DNA of 32,000 nucleotides from assembly GCF_000175255.2 (NCBI RefSeq), contig NC_017262.1:390001-422000 (forward strand), written 5' to 3'. The position numbers and the translations under genes were made by a program. Numbering within the stretch: the stretch's first letter is position 1; each line of letters begins with the position of its first letter. This DNA is from Zymomonas mobilis subsp. mobilis ATCC 10988. GTDB lineage: Bacteria; Pseudomonadota; Alphaproteobacteria; Sphingomonadales; Sphingomonadaceae. This document shows, in pieces, positions 28,937-32,000 of this stretch. The notes below the pieces were generated by a model. The model was not told the DNA's origin, ran no database searches, and saw nothing but the letters and a program-made list of their open reading frames with translations.

Positions 28937-29491
28937 ATGATGACAGCCGCCGATTTTATCCGTTGGTATATCCAGCATTGGGAAGGTCAATTGTCTCTTG
29001 ATCCCAAGGATCGAGGCAATTGGTGGAATGGTCAATTAGTAGGCTCAAAATATGGCATCACCGCTGCGGCGCTTTCCAGCGAACGCCAGACATCTCATAT
29101 CACGGCTTTTGATATAGCCGGACTGACAGAAGATGAAGCTGTTAGCATAGGCCTCGCACAATATTACCATGCTTCCGGCTTGGATAAATTGCCTTGGAAT
29201 CATGTCACTGCTTCGGTGTTAGACAAGGCATGGGGATCAGGCCCCAAAACAGCCATTCGGCTCTTACAAGGTCTTATTGGTGTATCGCCTGACGGGGTTG
29301 TCGGGGATAAAACCATTCAAGCCTATCGGGATTGGATAGAGAAAAATGGCGAAGCACAAGCCGCTATTATATGGGCAAAAACACGGGAAAATTTTGATTT
29401 ATCCCTTCACCAGCCTCGATTTTTGAAAGGATGGAATAATCGGACAACCAGTTATTTACCCGATGGTCAATGGTGGTCTGCCATGACCTAA
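28937..29491 (+). CDS. Phage-type endolysin: GH108 muramidase with C-terminal peptidoglycan-binding region
   Basis: FIRWYIQHWEGQLSLDPKDRGNWWNGQLVGSKYGITAAAL (GH108 catalytic-like E/G motif), VLDKAWGSGPKTAIRLLQGLIGVSPDGVVGDKTIQA (PG_binding_3-like). Confidence 0.88.
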   Translation: MMTAADFIRWYIQHWEGQLSLDPKDRGNWWNGQLVGSKYGITAAALSSERQTSHITAFDIAGLTEDEAVSIGLAQYYHASGLDKLPWNHVTASVLDKAWGSGPKTAIRLLQGLIGVSPDGVVGDKTIQAYRDWIEKNGEAQAAIIWAKTRENFDLSLHQPRFLKGWNNRTTSYLPDGQWWSAMT

Positions 29492-29525
29492 AAAGAACAA
29501 AACCTGAACAAAATGGAGAAAAACA

Positions 29526-29747
29526 ATGAGGCATTTTTATACAGTCATAGGCTGGATAAAAGGCCGTTTGAAAGAACGCACAACATGGGGAGGTCTGCTT
29601 ATCGTCGTTGGCACATTGCTGGGACATGACATGGGATGGATTAACAATATGGCGCAAGGGATCGGGATGGCGACCTTTGGCGGAACCCTGATTTCTTTCA
29701 GTAATCAGGATAATAAAAATATCCAGAATGAAGGCTGCCATGATTGA
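29526..29747 (+). CDS. Small holin-like membrane protein
   Basis: 73 aa; LKERTTWGGLLIVVGTLLGHDMGWINNMAQGIGMATFGGTLISFS resembles phage holins (ERTTW signature), located directly after the endolysin. Confidence 0.65.
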   Translation: MRHFYTVIGWIKGRLKERTTWGGLLIVVGTLLGHDMGWINNMAQGIGMATFGGTLISFSNQDNKNIQNEGCHD

Positions 29748-30168
29748 GCTACCTTTAATTTGGTCTTTTATAAAAGGCTCATGGAAACCAATTTTGGCGA
29801 TATCGGCCATTTTTCTTGCGATCGGGCTGATCCATCACGATGGCTATCGGCGCGGTAAACGGCATGAACAGGCAAAATATGAAAAAGCTCTGGAAACCGC
29901 CCAGAAACAAGCCAATCTTGCCCAACAACAAATAGACGATTTGACCCGTCAGATGGGTCTTATTCAGCAAGAACAAGGCGATAAAATAAGGAATATTCAA
30001 GAAAATGCACAAAAAATGGCAACCCAGCCGGTATATAATACTGTCTGTGGCAATGCTGATGCTTCCCGCTTGCTCGACGACGCGCGTCGTGCAGCCAATG
30101 CCGGACTTGCCAGCCAATCTGATGACACCCCCGCCCCCGCTACCCGCCTTTCCTCACAATCCCGATAA
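29728..30168 (+). CDS. Rz-like inner-membrane spanin (i-spanin)
   Basis: N-terminal signal-anchor (PILAISAIFLAIGLIHHDGYRRGK) followed by a coiled-coil periplasmic domain (EQAKYEKALETAQKQANLAQQQIDDLTRQMGLIQQEQGD); start may be 29740. Confidence 0.7.
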   Translation: MKAAMIELPLIWSFIKGSWKPILAISAIFLAIGLIHHDGYRRGKRHEQAKYEKALETAQKQANLAQQQIDDLTRQMGLIQQEQGDKIRNIQENAQKMATQPVYNTVCGNADASRLLDDARRAANAGLASQSDDTPAPATRLSSQSR

Positions 30169-30298
30169 TAGGATGACCGCTGCCGAATGGCTTCAGGGTA
30201 GTATCAATCTTTATGAAACAGCCGGTTCTATTCGATTGCAATTATTAGCTTTACAGGCAGCGGTGCAGACCGAAAACAAAACGAACGAACCTAAATAG
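30005..30298 (+). CDS. Rz1-like outer-membrane lipoprotein (o-spanin), overlapping Rz out of frame
   Basis: MHKKWQPSRYIILSVAMLMLPACSTTRVVQPMPDLPANLMTPPPPLPAF: lipobox LPAC, proline-rich mature part, starts inside the Rz ORF in another frame. Confidence 0.7.
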   Translation: MHKKWQPSRYIILSVAMLMLPACSTTRVVQPMPDLPANLMTPPPPLPAFPHNPDNRMTAAEWLQGSINLYETAGSIRLQLLALQAAVQTENKTNEPK

Positions 30299-30304
30299 TC
30301 AAAG

Positions 30305-31315
30305 TCATTTATTGGCATAATAAACGGCACGGGCAATGGCTCGTGTGACACAATCAGCAGCAGCAGAACCGATACGCGCCAATTCTAAATTCGCTATTTT
30401 TCCCTCAGCTATAGAAACCGCACCGGAAGACAACGCAAATAAAGTATCACCATCAAAAGGTGTATGCACTGGCCTAACAGCCCTAGCAAAACCGTCCTGT
30501 GCCATAATAGCTAATCTTTTTGTCTGGTTGCGATCGAGTTCTGCTGTTGTTGCAACAACAGCCAACATCGTATTGGCGCCGCCTTTTAAACGAAAATTCT
30601 CGGAAAGTCGCTCGATATCGGGAAAGGGATCATTATAGGATACCTGCCTGATATCGGGTTTTTCTCCTCCAAATTCCTGACCGATTTCAAAAGGCCAGGC
30701 CCAAAAATGCCGATTATCATCCATATAAGGAGAACCAACGGGATTAGCGGCGACTAAAGCGCCTACGATTATCCCATCATCCAAATCCAAAGAGGCTGAG
30801 CCAATACCGCCCCTGACATGACCAGCCAAAGCACCATAGCCCGCTCCGGCTCGTCCTAGATCAAAAGAAATATCGGCTTTTTGTAACGCGGTTTTTCCCA
30901 GTTGATAGTAAGGCGGGGTATTACCCCAATCTTTTTTGCCGCCATTCGCCAGATCATAAAGCACTGCCGTTGGAATGATTGGCACAGGATTGTGGCAGCT
31001 ATTGATATTCAACCCCTTTCCCTCTTGAGATAGGGCTACAGTTACCGCATCGGCGGCGGCCAATCCAAAAACAGATCCTCCGGTCAAAACGATAGCATGC
31101 ACGCCGCCAACCAGATTTTCGGGATCAAGCACGGCAGTTTCTCGCCCACCAGGGCCCCCGCCACGAATATCGACTGCGGCCGTCCACAAAGACGGACAGG
31201 TCAAAACGGTAACACCCGTTTCAGCGATCGGATCTTCTGATTGCCCAACTAATAGGCCGCCGACATCCGTAATCAAATTAAGGTTGCCGGTTTTGGGAGA
31301 AAATGTCTGTTTCAA
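30305..31315 (-). CDS. P1/S58 family peptidase (DmpA-like aminopeptidase)
   Basis: ITDVGGLLVGQSEDPIAETGVTVL, DIRGGGPGGRETAVLDPENLVGGVHAIVLTGGSVFGLAAADAV, GALVAANPVGSP. Confidence 0.9.
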   Translation of the reverse strand: MKQTFSPKTGNLNLITDVGGLLVGQSEDPIAETGVTVLTCPSLWTAAVDIRGGGPGGRETAVLDPENLVGGVHAIVLTGGSVFGLAAADAVTVALSQEGKGLNINSCHNPVPIIPTAVLYDLANGGKKDWGNTPPYYQLGKTALQKADISFDLGRAGAGYGALAGHVRGGIGSASLDLDDGIIVGALVAANPVGSPYMDDNRHFWAWPFEIGQEFGGEKPDIRQVSYNDPFPDIERLSENFRLKGGANTMLAVVATTAELDRNQTKRLAIMAQDGFARAVRPVHTPFDGDTLFALSSGAVSIAEGKIANLELARIGSAAADCVTRAIARAVYYANK

Positions 31316-31465
31316 AAAAACCTGCTATTCAAAACATTTAAAAGAACGGTTTCTAGATTATTCTAAAACCAAAAATTTTCGACCGAAAGAAGTGTACTGC
31401 TTTTATTTTGATTACCAATTCCAACCGCTATCTCCTATAGTCTGATCCTGAAAAGAAGGCAGACT

Positions 31466-32000
31466 ATGACAAATATGATCGATCCTCATCTTTTGCTTAG
31501 TGCTTATGCGACCGGCATTTTTCCGATGTCGGATAGTCGGGAAACAGATGAAGTTTATTGGGTTGAACCCAAAAAACGCGGAATATTGCCCCTCGATCAT
31601 TTTCATTTATCGCGCTCTTTGGCTAAGATTATTCGCTCTGATCGTTTTTTAGTAACCGCAGACCGCGATTTTGAAGCGGTTATTGACCTTTGTGCCGAAC
31701 CAACAGAAGATCGCCCCGACAGCTGGATTAATCCCCCTATCCGTGCAGCTTATTGCCAGCTCCATAATTTAGGTTATGCCCATTCTATCGAATGTTGGCT
31801 GGATAACCGTTTGGTTGGCGGCCTTTACGGAGTCAATCTAGGCTATGCCTTTTTTGGGGAAAGCATGTTCAGTCGGGTCAGCAATGCATCAAAAGTAGCG
31901 TTGGCTTGGCTGGTAGCCAGATTGAAAGTCGGCAATTTCAGCTTGCTTGATTGCCAATTTATTACCGATCATCTCGCCTCTATGGGGGCAATAGAAATCA
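31466..32000 (+). CDS. aat: Leucyl/phenylalanyl-tRNA--protein transferase, truncated at the window edge
   Basis: MTNMIDPHLLLSAYATGIFPMSDSRETDEVYWVEPKKRGILPLDHFHLSRSLAK, VGGLYGVNLGYAFFGESMFSRVSNASKVALAWLVARL, LLDCQFITDHLASMGAIEI. Confidence 0.95.
   Translation, partial: MTNMIDPHLLLSAYATGIFPMSDSRETDEVYWVEPKKRGILPLDHFHLSRSLAKIIRSDRFLVTADRDFEAVIDLCAEPTEDRPDSWINPPIRAAYCQLHNLGYAHSIECWLDNRLVGGLYGVNLGYAFFGESMFSRVSNASKVALAWLVARLKVGNFSLLDCQFITDHLASMGAIEI

Noticed and set aside
28844-29035. 63-aa minus-strand ORF overlapping the endolysin start
   Set aside because: Almost entirely antisense to the endolysin promoter and N-terminus, with no supporting motif; an antisense regulator would need transcript data.
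1-32000. CRISPR arrays, retrons, toxin-antitoxin pairs, restriction-modification or other defence islands
   Set aside because: Looked for regularly spaced repeats, reverse transcriptases, methyltransferase or nuclease motifs and small paired ORFs. None was seen in the intergenic regions or ORF translations.

Overview
This 32 kb window looks like ordinary chromosome from an alphaproteobacterium, most likely Zymomonas mobilis or a close relative; that assignment is recalled from gene content and protein character, not from a search. Supported features, left to right: an EmrA/EmrB/NodT-type efflux operon with a divergent TetR regulator; nagA; a small cytochrome c; mtgA; a petABC cytochrome bc1 operon; a gene-poor stretch with decayed IS5-like transposase relics; trmL-hemF-GNAT; clpX and clpP; a GT2 glycosyltransferase; tig; tRNA-Leu(TAG); an aldose-1-epimerase homologue; a GH32 sucrose hydrolase gene (sacA) lying between two identical tRNA-Gln(TTG) copies; a UDP-glucuronate 4-epimerase-like gene; a MarR regulator and guaD; a PhoD-type alkaline phosphatase; an aromatic aminotransferase; an EamA transporter; a GST; a compact phage-type lysis cassette (GH108 endolysin, holin-like protein, Rz-like i-spanin with an overlapping out-of-frame Rz1-like lipoprotein) with no other phage genes in the window; a P1/DmpA-family peptidase; and the start of aat. 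The strongest leads are the orphan lysis cassette with its unknown upstream ORF, the sacA unit bounded by 85-bp tRNA direct repeats, and a perfect 10-bp-arm palindrome upstream of the phosphatase gene. No CRISPR array or recognisable multi-gene defence system was found.
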